From the NCBI GenBank assembly GCA_963805085.1, contig CAWDTA010000001.1, positions 256,001 through 320,000 of the forward strand: 64,000 nt of DNA. The letters run 5' to 3'. Numbering within the stretch: position 1 is the first letter of the stretch; every line of letters starts with the position of its first letter. This stretch comes from an uncultured Veillonellaceae bacterium (lineage in GTDB: Bacteria > Bacillota > Negativicutes > JARBTT01). Positions 1-8,661 of this stretch are shown piece by piece. The translations under genes were made by a program, and so were the position numbers. A model generated the notes under the pieces. The model saw nothing but the letters and a program-made list of their open reading frames with translations. It was not told where the DNA came from and made no database searches.

Positions 1-455
1 AAGTACAAACGATTAATGTGAATATGAGTGATGCTGAAATAAGAGCAATGGTCAATGAATTAACAGAAGCAGTGCCGCATATTATTGGTGTGAATAATCA
101 TCAAGGTTCAAAAGCAACTTCAAATCAACAGGTTATGAAAGTTGTTTTAAATGAACTTGCAGGTAAGGGATTATTTTTTATCGACAGCAAAACAATTGCG
201 AGCTCAATTGCTTATGATACCGCAAGGGCAGTTGGTGTTAAAACTGGAGAAAATAAAATTTTTCTTGATAATAGTAGTGATGTAGATGAAATAAAAAAAC
301 AATTGCGGCAAGCGGGAAATATTGCTTTGAAAAATGGCAGCGCAATTGCAATAGGCCATGCACGTTTAAATACGGCAAAAGCAATCAAGGAACTTATTCC
401 TGAATTAGAAGCACAAGGGATAGATTTTGTATTTGCCTCGGAACTGCTAAAATAA
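1..455 (+). CDS. Divergent polysaccharide deacetylase family protein (YibQ-like), 5' truncated by window edge
   Basis: GVNNHQGS, FFIDSKT, FLDN and AIAIGH motifs typical of the family. Confidence 0.85.
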   Translation, partial: VQTINVNMSDAEIRAMVNELTEAVPHIIGVNNHQGSKATSNQQVMKVVLNELAGKGLFFIDSKTIASSIAYDTARAVGVKTGENKIFLDNSSDVDEIKKQLRQAGNIALKNGSAIAIGHARLNTAKAIKELIPELEAQGIDFVFASELLK

Positions 456-462
456 AAATATA

Positions 463-491
463 TTGACAAATATCCAATAAAATAATACTAT
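463..491 (+). promoter_or_regulatory. Sigma-A type promoter for the riboswitch/pel operon
   Basis: TTGACA (463-468), 17 bp spacer, TACTAT (486-491), just upstream of the riboswitch aptamer. Confidence 0.65.
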
Positions 492-513
492 AAGCTCGTA
501 TACTGTTTGAATT

Positions 514-605
514 GGTAAAATTTTATTGGCAAACTTGTTGAAAAGTAAGGGCGCAAAGCTATGGGTCTAACGGTTTATATAATGAACTTACGACTGCCAG
601 GTTAC
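514..605 (+). ncRNA. c-di-GMP-I (GEMM-I) riboswitch aptamer
   Basis: GGTAA...GGCAAAC-TTGTT-GAAA-AGTAAG-GGCGCAAAGCTATGGGTCTAA...GACTGCCAGGTTAC matches the GEMM-I consensus; G at the G20-equivalent position (528). Confidence 0.92.
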
Positions 606-638
606 AGACATCAACTGTCTAACCTAGCAGTCTTTTTT
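592..638 (+). terminator. Riboswitch expression-platform terminator
   Basis: GACTGCCAGGTTACAGACA-TCAAC-TGTCTAACCTAGCAGTC hairpin followed by T6; its 5' arm is the 3' strand of the aptamer. Confidence 0.85.
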
Positions 639-810
639 ATTATTAGGGAACAAGTCGATTTTTAAGGTGAGACACGATGGAATAAGACGTTGTGAAAAAA
701 TATTGGGTGGCTTTTATAGGAAAAATTTGGAATAGTTATTCATAAACAGTACAGTAAATAAGATCCCAAAATTATTCTTTAGATTTCTTGATAAAAGATA
801 GGGGGATAAT

Positions 811-3012
811 ATGCGTATATTGATTACAGGTGGATATGGGTTTATAGGGTCTCATGTTGCAGAACGTTTTTCTAAAGAAGGGCATCAAGTTGTGGTGGTG
901 GATGCTCTTTTGGCGGGGTCCAAAGAAAATCTGACAGTAAAGCATACCTTTTATCAGTTGAATATTGCTGATAAAAAATGTGAAGAGGTATTTAGGGTCA
1001 ACAATTTTGATGTGGTTGTTCATCTTGCAGCACAAGTAGATGTCAACACTTCAGAGAATAATCCATGTTTGGATATTGAATCTAATATTCTTGGCCTTGT
1101 TAATATGCTAGATTTAGCAAGTAAATATCATGTCAAAAAATTTATTTTTGCATCGTCTGCAGCAGTATATGGTAATGCGGAAACAATGCCTATTACAGAA
1201 CGAGCTCCATTAAAGCCAATATCCGTTTATGGGATCAATAAAGTAAATGGAGAAGAGTATTGCCTGAAATGGAAAGAGATATATGGGTTAAATACGGCTA
1301 TCGTACGTTTTTCCAATGTTTACGGTCCTCGCCAAAGTGTAAAAGGAGAAGGTGCAGTCATTCCTGCCTTTATTACAAAGGTACTAAAAAGTGAGAAAAT
1401 CACGATTTATGGTAGTGGCAAACAAATAAGAGATTATGTTTATGTAGAAGATATTGTAGATGCTTTATATCGTCTTGCGATGTACAACAAAGAAGTTGAG
1501 ATTATGAACGTATCCACGAATACAGAATGTAACTTAGATGAGCTAGTGAATATGTTATCAACCTACGGAAAAATAAAAGAAATTGAATATAAAGAAAAGC
1601 GGCAAGGAGATATTGACAAATCTAAGTTAGATAATTCTCAATGCATAAAAGAATTGGGGTGGTCACCCAAATATACTTTGCAAGAAGGTTTAGGAAAAAC
1701 TTATCAATGGTATAAGAATGAACTAGCTAGCCAATCAGTACAAGGGACTGAAGAAAATATGACAGTAAAATTTTTGTATCATAAATTTGCAGTGGCTAGA
1801 CCTTATATAGAAAATTTACTAATGTTTTGTATTATGCTAGCGTTGACCTTAACGAATACTTATGGGTCGATCATAAATACAAGTATAGGTTTGGATTATA
1901 ATTATATCTATATTGTTGCTATGGGACTTTTATATGGTAAAAAACAATCCATACCAGCGACTATTCTTTCCTCAGCATTGCTTATGTATAGTTTCTTATT
2001 ACAAGGTGCTGATTTCGTAGCGATTGCTTATCAATCACAACATATTGTTCATTTTGCTACTTATTTATTTATTGGTGTTGTGACTGGTTACGTTACAGAT
2101 AGTAGAGAAAGAGTTGCTTCAGATCAAAATATTGTCTTGAAAAATACAAAAGAGCGCTATCAATTTCTTGAAACAATGTATTTAGAGAATGTGACAATTA
2201 AAGATAAACTTTATAAGCAAATTGTAAATTCTAATGATAGCTTAGGAAAGACGTATCAGATTATTCATAAACTAGATAGCATTGAGGTAGAAAAAATATT
2301 TACAGCCTCCAATGAAGTTGTAGCGGAAATTATGCACACTGATTCTGTTGCGATTTATATTGTTGGTAAAAATGGTTATTATTTAAGACAAAAAACGAGA
2401 ACGAGTGAAAAACTAGATCATTTGCCGAGGTCTTTAAAAATTGAAAGCTTTGATTACTTAAAAAAGATGATGAAAGATAAAAAGGTTTTTACGAATAAAC
2501 GTTTAAACAAAGATTGTCCTCATATGGCAGCCCCCGTTATCTTTAATAATGATGTAATCGCGGTGTTGCAAATTTATCAGTTACCATTTGAAAGTTTAAA
2601 TCTTTATCATGAGAATTTGCTGAAGATTACGGCGATGCTTATTTCGGAAGCTTTAGGAAAAGCATATTTACATGAGCAAAGCGTGCAAGATAAAAAATAT
2701 ATTGGAGGAACTCGGATTCTTATTGCTGAGGAGTTTGAAAAAATTCAATTAGAAATGGCACTTCGGCAAAAAAATAGTAACCAATTATCAGTTGCATTGA
2801 TTAAAATTTTAACGGAATCGAAAGATTATAACCAAATCTATAAAGAGATCACAGGAGTTATTAGAGATGAAGACTTTATAGGGGTAAAAAAAGATGGTTA
2901 TGTTTATGTTATGCTGCTTGATATCAGTGCTGATATGGTTTTTGAAGTACAAAAAAGGATTAAAAAAGTTGGCTTAGACACAGTTGATATGATAGGTGAT
3001 ACCCATGACTGA
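811..3012 (+). CDS. pelD: NAD-dependent epimerase (SDR) fused to PelD-like c-di-GMP receptor (TM helices, GAF, degenerate GGDEF)
   Basis: N-terminal GGYGFIG, SSAAVYG and YGINK; about 4 TM segments; GAF-like region; C-terminal RDED (RxxD I-site); first gene of a pelDEAFG-like cluster. Confidence 0.85.
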   Translation: MRILITGGYGFIGSHVAERFSKEGHQVVVVDALLAGSKENLTVKHTFYQLNIADKKCEEVFRVNNFDVVVHLAAQVDVNTSENNPCLDIESNILGLVNMLDLASKYHVKKFIFASSAAVYGNAETMPITERAPLKPISVYGINKVNGEEYCLKWKEIYGLNTAIVRFSNVYGPRQSVKGEGAVIPAFITKVLKSEKITIYGSGKQIRDYVYVEDIVDALYRLAMYNKEVEIMNVSTNTECNLDELVNMLSTYGKIKEIEYKEKRQGDIDKSKLDNSQCIKELGWSPKYTLQEGLGKTYQWYKNELASQSVQGTEENMTVKFLYHKFAVARPYIENLLMFCIMLALTLTNTYGSIINTSIGLDYNYIYIVAMGLLYGKKQSIPATILSSALLMYSFLLQGADFVAIAYQSQHIVHFATYLFIGVVTGYVTDSRERVASDQNIVLKNTKERYQFLETMYLENVTIKDKLYKQIVNSNDSLGKTYQIIHKLDSIEVEKIFTASNEVVAEIMHTDSVAIYIVGKNGYYLRQKTRTSEKLDHLPRSLKIESFDYLKKMMKDKKVFTNKRLNKDCPHMAAPVIFNNDVIAVLQIYQLPFESLNLYHENLLKITAMLISEALGKAYLHEQSVQDKKYIGGTRILIAEEFEKIQLEMALRQKNSNQLSVALIKILTESKDYNQIYKEITGVIRDEDFIGVKKDGYVYVMLLDISADMVFEVQKRIKKVGLDTVDMIGDTHD

Positions 3013-3904
3013 TGAAGTGATTTTAATTTTAATCTTGGCAAATGGTATTTTATCACTCTTATATTTTATTTGGGCTGCAAAAAAGAGTAAATCTCAGGCG
3101 ATTAGTGAAGTTGCGATGATGCTTTTGATTCCTTTTTTTGGTCCTGGTTTTATTCTTATTATTAAATTGGCAGAAGTGTTTAAATTGAAACAAGAAGATC
3201 CATCCTACATGTACCAAGAATTTAAAAATAAACACTTGATTTTGGGTGATTTTATGCAGCATGAAGCAAATATTATTCCAATTAATGACGCATTGTTTAT
3301 TGATGATACAAATACAAAGCGTACTTTACTTACCGATGCAATCAAGCAAAATGTTTTGCAAAATAATAATATTTTGCTGAAAGTAGTTCGAGATTCCGAT
3401 AGGGAAGTATCTCATTATGCTGTTTCGATGGTTACAAATATCATTGGAAATTTGGAAGTAATTCTATTTCAACTTGAAAAGAAGTTACTAGAAGATCCTA
3501 AAAATATAGAGTGTTTAATGAAATATGCTGATGCAATGTCCGAATATTTACAAATTGGTTTTCTTGATCCAATTTCGCAAAAGAAAAGTGAAGAAATTTA
3601 TATTAATATTCTTGAAAACATAATATCTTTAAAAGTTACTGATAAACGGTATTTCATTGAAAAAATCAATTATGAAATCAAACAAGAAAACTATAAAAAA
3701 GCAGAGTTTGATTGCAGGAATTTCATGGATATATTTCCTAATGATGAAGATCCATATCTTATGTATATAAAATTATATGGTCAGTTGAACGAATATCAAA
3801 AAATGCAAGAAAAATTACAAGAATTAAAAGCTTGCCCGATTAAATTTACTAGGAATGCTCTGGAAATTATTCGGTTTTGGGGGGGAGAAGAGGAATATGT
3901 ATAA
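3005..3904 (+). CDS. pelE: PelE-like membrane protein with TPR-like helical C-terminus
   Basis: Two N-terminal TM helices, DREVSHYA segment, helical repeats, position after pelD; ATG at 3005 follows AGGTGA. Confidence 0.75.
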   Translation: MTDEVILILILANGILSLLYFIWAAKKSKSQAISEVAMMLLIPFFGPGFILIIKLAEVFKLKQEDPSYMYQEFKNKHLILGDFMQHEANIIPINDALFIDDTNTKRTLLTDAIKQNVLQNNNILLKVVRDSDREVSHYAVSMVTNIIGNLEVILFQLEKKLLEDPKNIECLMKYADAMSEYLQIGFLDPISQKKSEEIYINILENIISLKVTDKRYFIEKINYEIKQENYKKAEFDCRNFMDIFPNDEDPYLMYIKLYGQLNEYQKMQEKLQELKACPIKFTRNALEIIRFWGGEEEYV

Positions 3905-5723
3905 AAAAAATATTGCAATTGTTCTTTCTCTCGTTTTTCTTTTGGGCTTGTTTTTCCAATACAACCGCAGTGATGGTTTTATTCGTTTGATCAAAAACAA
4001 AAATGTTTCCGCAATTAGCGGAGACTTCAGTCTTGGTAAAGAAGAGCAAAAAAATATACCAAGGGAGCGGATGCTTCTCGTCTATGACCCAAGTAGTGTG
4101 CATAGTCTTTTCTTACGTCATAATATTGAGCATTTAGCTAAATACTTGAAGAAAGAGATTGTAGCAGTACCAGCTAAAGAAGCACTTAGTGAAAATTTGG
4201 ATTATGATGGTATTATTATAGCACTGGAAAATTTAGACGATTTCAATGATATGGAAAAAGTGAATCAATATGCTAGTCAAGGTGGTAATGTATATTTTAT
4301 GATTCGCCCGATACCAGGTGTTAAAATAAATGAAGTTTATCATGACTTGGGGATCAGTCGTATGGGGGATATTGTTAATACTAAAGGAATTAAAATGAAT
4401 ACCAATTTACTCATCGGAGCAAAAGGTTTTGAGTTAAATAACGATATCTATACGACTTCTGCGATAAAATGTGAACTTACCAATGAAGCTAATATTCATA
4501 TGAGCTCCCAAGAAGGAATTCCTCTTCTGTGGGAAACAAGCATAGGAAAAGGCAAATATATCGTCTATAATGGCTCAGGGTTAGGCGATAAGATGAATCG
4601 TGGATTAATGACAGCAATGATAGGTTTAGGCAAATCGGTGTATCTTTATCCAGTTGCAGCAATTAAGTTATCCTTTATTGATGATTTCCCCGCACCTATC
4701 CCAGAGGGGTATTACGATAAAATTTATGATGAATTTAAATTATCTACACCGCAATTTTATCGTCAGGTTTGGTGGCCCTATATGTTGTCTTTAGCAGAAA
4801 AATATGATATTAAGTATACGGGATTGATTATTGAAACCTATAATGATGCTATAGTTCCTCCTTTCAATCCTGATATAGAGACTCCTGACAAGAATAATCT
4901 TATTATTTATGGTAGAGAACTTTTGAAAAGTGGTGGAGAACTTGGTATTCATGGGTATAATCATCAATCATTAGCACCAGAAGGCTATAATCAAAAAGCT
5001 TTAGGATATAAACCCTGGCAGAGTCAAAAAGATATGATACTGTCATTGACAGAGTTGAAAAGATATGTAGAAAACGTATATCCAGATTATAAAATAAAGG
5101 CATATGTACCACCGTCTAATATTTTAAGTCCAGAGGGTAAGCAAGCGCTTATACAGGTGTTTCCTGATTTGAAAATGATTTGCTCCCTCTATACTGGACA
5201 GGCTGAAGAAAGAGAAGCTTATATTCAAGATTTTGAAAAAAGCCCAGATGGTATTTTAGAATTGCCACGTGTTTCTTCTGGGTATATGCGCAATGATCAG
5301 TTTGATTGGGAAACTATCAATGTTATCAATTTCATAGGGGTATTTTCTCACTTTGTTCATCCAGACCAAATCTTTTATGAAGAGAGTCAAGGCTTAACTT
5401 GGCGTGAAATGAGCGAAGACTTTGAATCATTGATGAAAGAAATACAAGAAAACTATGGATGGCTTAGGAGCTCTACTGCCTCTCAAGGCGCAGAGTATCT
5501 TGAAGAATACTTTAATGTAGATTATCGGATTGTCGAAAAACCCGATGAAATGACAATATATTGTTGGGGTTATAAAAAAGAATCATATTTTATTATGAAA
5601 ACGACAAAAAAAATTATAAGATATGAAGGCTGTCAAGTGGAACATATTGATGATAATGCATATTTAGTGAAAATTTCCCAGCCGGAAGTTAAGCTGAAGT
5701 TTGAAAGTGAGGGTAAGCCGTGA
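3897..5723 (+). CDS. pelA: PelA deacetylase-like protein (DUF2194)
   Basis: N-terminal anchor; FIDDFP, HGYNH, YVPPSN and HFVHPD CE4-like motifs; position between pelE and pelF. Confidence 0.8.
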   Translation: MYKKNIAIVLSLVFLLGLFFQYNRSDGFIRLIKNKNVSAISGDFSLGKEEQKNIPRERMLLVYDPSSVHSLFLRHNIEHLAKYLKKEIVAVPAKEALSENLDYDGIIIALENLDDFNDMEKVNQYASQGGNVYFMIRPIPGVKINEVYHDLGISRMGDIVNTKGIKMNTNLLIGAKGFELNNDIYTTSAIKCELTNEANIHMSSQEGIPLLWETSIGKGKYIVYNGSGLGDKMNRGLMTAMIGLGKSVYLYPVAAIKLSFIDDFPAPIPEGYYDKIYDEFKLSTPQFYRQVWWPYMLSLAEKYDIKYTGLIIETYNDAIVPPFNPDIETPDKNNLIIYGRELLKSGGELGIHGYNHQSLAPEGYNQKALGYKPWQSQKDMILSLTELKRYVENVYPDYKIKAYVPPSNILSPEGKQALIQVFPDLKMICSLYTGQAEEREAYIQDFEKSPDGILELPRVSSGYMRNDQFDWETINVINFIGVFSHFVHPDQIFYEESQGLTWREMSEDFESLMKEIQENYGWLRSSTASQGAEYLEEYFNVDYRIVEKPDEMTIYCWGYKKESYFIMKTTKKIIRYEGCQVEHIDDNAYLVKISQPEVKLKFESEGKP

Positions 5724-7147
5724 AAATTTGTATGCTGGTAGAAGGAAGTTACCCTTATATTGTCGGTGGTGTGTCATCCTGGGTACAAATGCTAATTTCA
5801 GGCATGCCAGAACATCAGTTTATTATCTATTCCATCGCTGCTGAGGAAAAAAATAAAGGAAAGTTTAAATATAAATTACCTGCAAATGTAATTGAGGTGC
5901 GTGAAGTTTTTTTAGATAGCATTTTAAATTTAAAATGTCCATCTGCAGGTAACTATAAATTAAGCCCAAAAGAAAGAGGAAACTTAGAAAGACTAATTTG
6001 TGGCGAAAGCGATATTGATTTAGAAACCTTGTTAATGACATTTCGCTCAAATAAAAAAAATCGCGATATTTTGGAAATTTTCATGAGTTTTGATTTTTTT
6101 GATGTTATTACAAGTGCATATAAGAAAAAATTTAGTTATTTACCATTTACGGACTTTTTTTGGACGATTCGTTCGATGTTATTGCCACTTTTTTTTATTC
6201 TTCAGCAAGATTTGCCTGATGCTGATGTTTATCATAGCGTTGCCGCTGGATATTGTGGTGCTGTTGGTGGTCTAGCGGCTACTATCTATAAAAAACCATT
6301 TATATTAACGGAACATGGTATCTATTCTAGGGAAAGAGAAGAAGAAATTATTAAGTGTGATTGGGCAAAGGGCGATTTTAAATCTGTGTGGATAAATTAT
6401 TTTTACAGTTTAGCTAGGCTTACCTATCAAAAATCTACCAGTGTTATTTCTTTATTTGAAAAAAATGCAGAAATTCAAATTTCTTTAGGGTGTGATTCGC
6501 AAAAAGTACAAATCATACCAAATGGAATTCATGTAGATCAATTTGAAAATATCAAGCAGCCTATTGAAGAGAAGGAAACAATCACAATTGCTGCTATAGT
6601 CAGGGTTGTCCCAGTGAAAGATATTATTACAATGATTAGAAGCTTTTTCCTTGTGAAAGAAAAAATGCCGAATACACGGTTTCTCATTATTGGTCCATGT
6701 GATGAAGATGCAGAGTATTATGAAGAATGCTTAAAACTTATTAAAACTTTAGCTATAAAAGACATTGAATTTACTGGATCGGTAGATGTAAAGCAATATA
6801 TTGGTGACGTCGATATTCTAGTTTTGTCGAGTATTAGTGAAGGGCAGCCACTCGCAGTTTTAGAAGGTATGGCCAGTAGAAGGCCATTCGTAACGACTGA
6901 TGTTGGTTGTTGTCGTGAATTGTTGTATGGTAGCAATGACAATTTTGGAGAAGCTGGGATTGTTGTTCCGATGATGGATTTTGAGGGGATGTCCGAAGCC
7001 ATTATTGCACTAGCAAAGGATAAAAAGCTTAGGTTCGAGATGGGAGAAAATGGGCATCGGCGAGCTTGTGAATTTTATACGATTAAGGGGTTTATTGATG
7101 ATTATAGGCGAGCATACTGTGAGGTTACTGAGGGAGTGAGTGAATAA
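5720..7147 (+). CDS. pelF: GT4 glycosyltransferase PelF
   Basis: EGSYPYIVGGVSSW, TEHGIYSRER, VPVKD and SISEGQPL motifs. Confidence 0.93.
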   Translation: MKICMLVEGSYPYIVGGVSSWVQMLISGMPEHQFIIYSIAAEEKNKGKFKYKLPANVIEVREVFLDSILNLKCPSAGNYKLSPKERGNLERLICGESDIDLETLLMTFRSNKKNRDILEIFMSFDFFDVITSAYKKKFSYLPFTDFFWTIRSMLLPLFFILQQDLPDADVYHSVAAGYCGAVGGLAATIYKKPFILTEHGIYSREREEEIIKCDWAKGDFKSVWINYFYSLARLTYQKSTSVISLFEKNAEIQISLGCDSQKVQIIPNGIHVDQFENIKQPIEEKETITIAAIVRVVPVKDIITMIRSFFLVKEKMPNTRFLIIGPCDEDAEYYEECLKLIKTLAIKDIEFTGSVDVKQYIGDVDILVLSSISEGQPLAVLEGMASRRPFVTTDVGCCRELLYGSNDNFGEAGIVVPMMDFEGMSEAIIALAKDKKLRFEMGENGHRRACEFYTIKGFIDDYRRAYCEVTEGVSE

Positions 7148-7149
7148 GA

Positions 7150-8583
7150 ATGGCTGGAATTGGGTTTGAGTTAAAAAAACTTTTTAATAAAAAAAGCGCG
7201 ATTGGTTATTTTAAAGCGTATACATATACGTCTATTGTCACAACAGGGCCGTTTGTTTTAATGACAGGTATGGTTTTGTCGATCCAATTGTTATTTCATC
7301 TGTTCAATATTTCATATTTTGATACACAAATTTATGTTGCTTCAATTATCTATCCATTTATTTTTTCACATATCATTGCGAGTGGGTTTGCTATGCTGAT
7401 TACTAGATTTGTAGCAGATCAACTGTACAGTAATGAGTATGATGAAATTATTCCGTCCTTGTATGGTATGCTTTCCTTAGCATTGGGGATAGGTGCTATT
7501 TTAGCATTAGCTTTTTTCTGGAATAAGCCTTTGACGATCGAACTGAAGTTAGCGACTTATATCTTTTACATGGAAATGATTGTGATATGGATTCAAGGGG
7601 TATATTTGAGTGCATTAAAAGATTATAAAAAAATAATACAATCTTATGCAGGCGGAGCTTTTATTGCAGTTTTTTTAGCTTTTATCATCTTGAAATCAGG
7701 AGTATTTTCGCCAGCATTTGGTACAATGTTGTCGATGAATATTGGTGTGTTTTTCATTGCTAGTATGTTAATGCTTAATATCAAAAAATTTTTTGGCAAG
7801 AGCAGTTACAAAAATTTTTCATTTTTAGCTTACTTTGAAAGCCACTTTAGTTTATTTTTAATAAACTTATTGTATTCTATTAGCTTATATATTCCTAACA
7901 TTATGATTTGGTACGGCCCGTTGGGCATAAACATTGCGGGAACTTATATTTATGCTCCAGAATATGATATTGCAACTTTCTATGCATTTTTATCTATATT
8001 ACCGGTTATGATTATGTTTGTTGTTTCTACAGAAATCCATTTTTACCAGAAGTATTCTACTTATTTTATGTATATTACAGAAAAAGGAAACTTCAAAGAA
8101 ATAGAAGACGCAAGGCAAGATTTGTTGCATATTATGTGGTCAGAAATTCGTAATATTGTTGAATTTCAACTTGTTTTCACGCTGATTTTTTTATCGTTAG
8201 GTAATTATTTTTTGCCAAAAACTGGATTGGTTCATGCGTCAGTTAATATGTATAATTTAATTGTGTTAGGTGCTTATGCTACAGGTCTAATGCAAGTGAT
8301 TATCACGTTGCTTCTTTACTTTGAAGATCGAAAAGGTGTTTTGTATCTTTGTAGCCTATTTTTAATTACTAATATTATTTTTAATTTAGGGAGTATGGTG
8401 GTTGGAGAAAATACCTATGGTTTTGGTTTTTTCCTTTCAGCTTTTTTAAGTTTGGTCATGGCAATTTGCCGCTTAATCTATTTTAGTAATAGACTTGATT
8501 ATTTTATTTTTTGCTCTCGTCCTGTTTTTTGTAATCATAAAGCCGGAATTTTAACAAAACTTGTGAATCGAATTTATAGTTGA
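7150..8583 (+). CDS. pelG: Pel polysaccharide transporter PelG
   Basis: Signature N-terminus MAGIGFELKKL; multi-TM protein; follows pelF. Confidence 0.95.
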   Translation: MAGIGFELKKLFNKKSAIGYFKAYTYTSIVTTGPFVLMTGMVLSIQLLFHLFNISYFDTQIYVASIIYPFIFSHIIASGFAMLITRFVADQLYSNEYDEIIPSLYGMLSLALGIGAILALAFFWNKPLTIELKLATYIFYMEMIVIWIQGVYLSALKDYKKIIQSYAGGAFIAVFLAFIILKSGVFSPAFGTMLSMNIGVFFIASMLMLNIKKFFGKSSYKNFSFLAYFESHFSLFLINLLYSISLYIPNIMIWYGPLGINIAGTYIYAPEYDIATFYAFLSILPVMIMFVVSTEIHFYQKYSTYFMYITEKGNFKEIEDARQDLLHIMWSEIRNIVEFQLVFTLIFLSLGNYFLPKTGLVHASVNMYNLIVLGAYATGLMQVIITLLLYFEDRKGVLYLCSLFLITNIIFNLGSMVVGENTYGFGFFLSAFLSLVMAICRLIYFSNRLDYFIFCSRPVFCNHKAGILTKLVNRIYS

Positions 8584-8661
8584 AGAAAAGAATGACAAAG
8601 TGAATAATGTGAATAATTTTCCAGCTTTTAAGGACGATTTTTTATTAGGGAGGCAGCTTTT

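Noticed and set aside
514-605. Possibility that the riboswitch senses 3',3'-cGAMP
   Set aside because: The G20-equivalent position is G (528), not the A typical of cGAMP-selective variants
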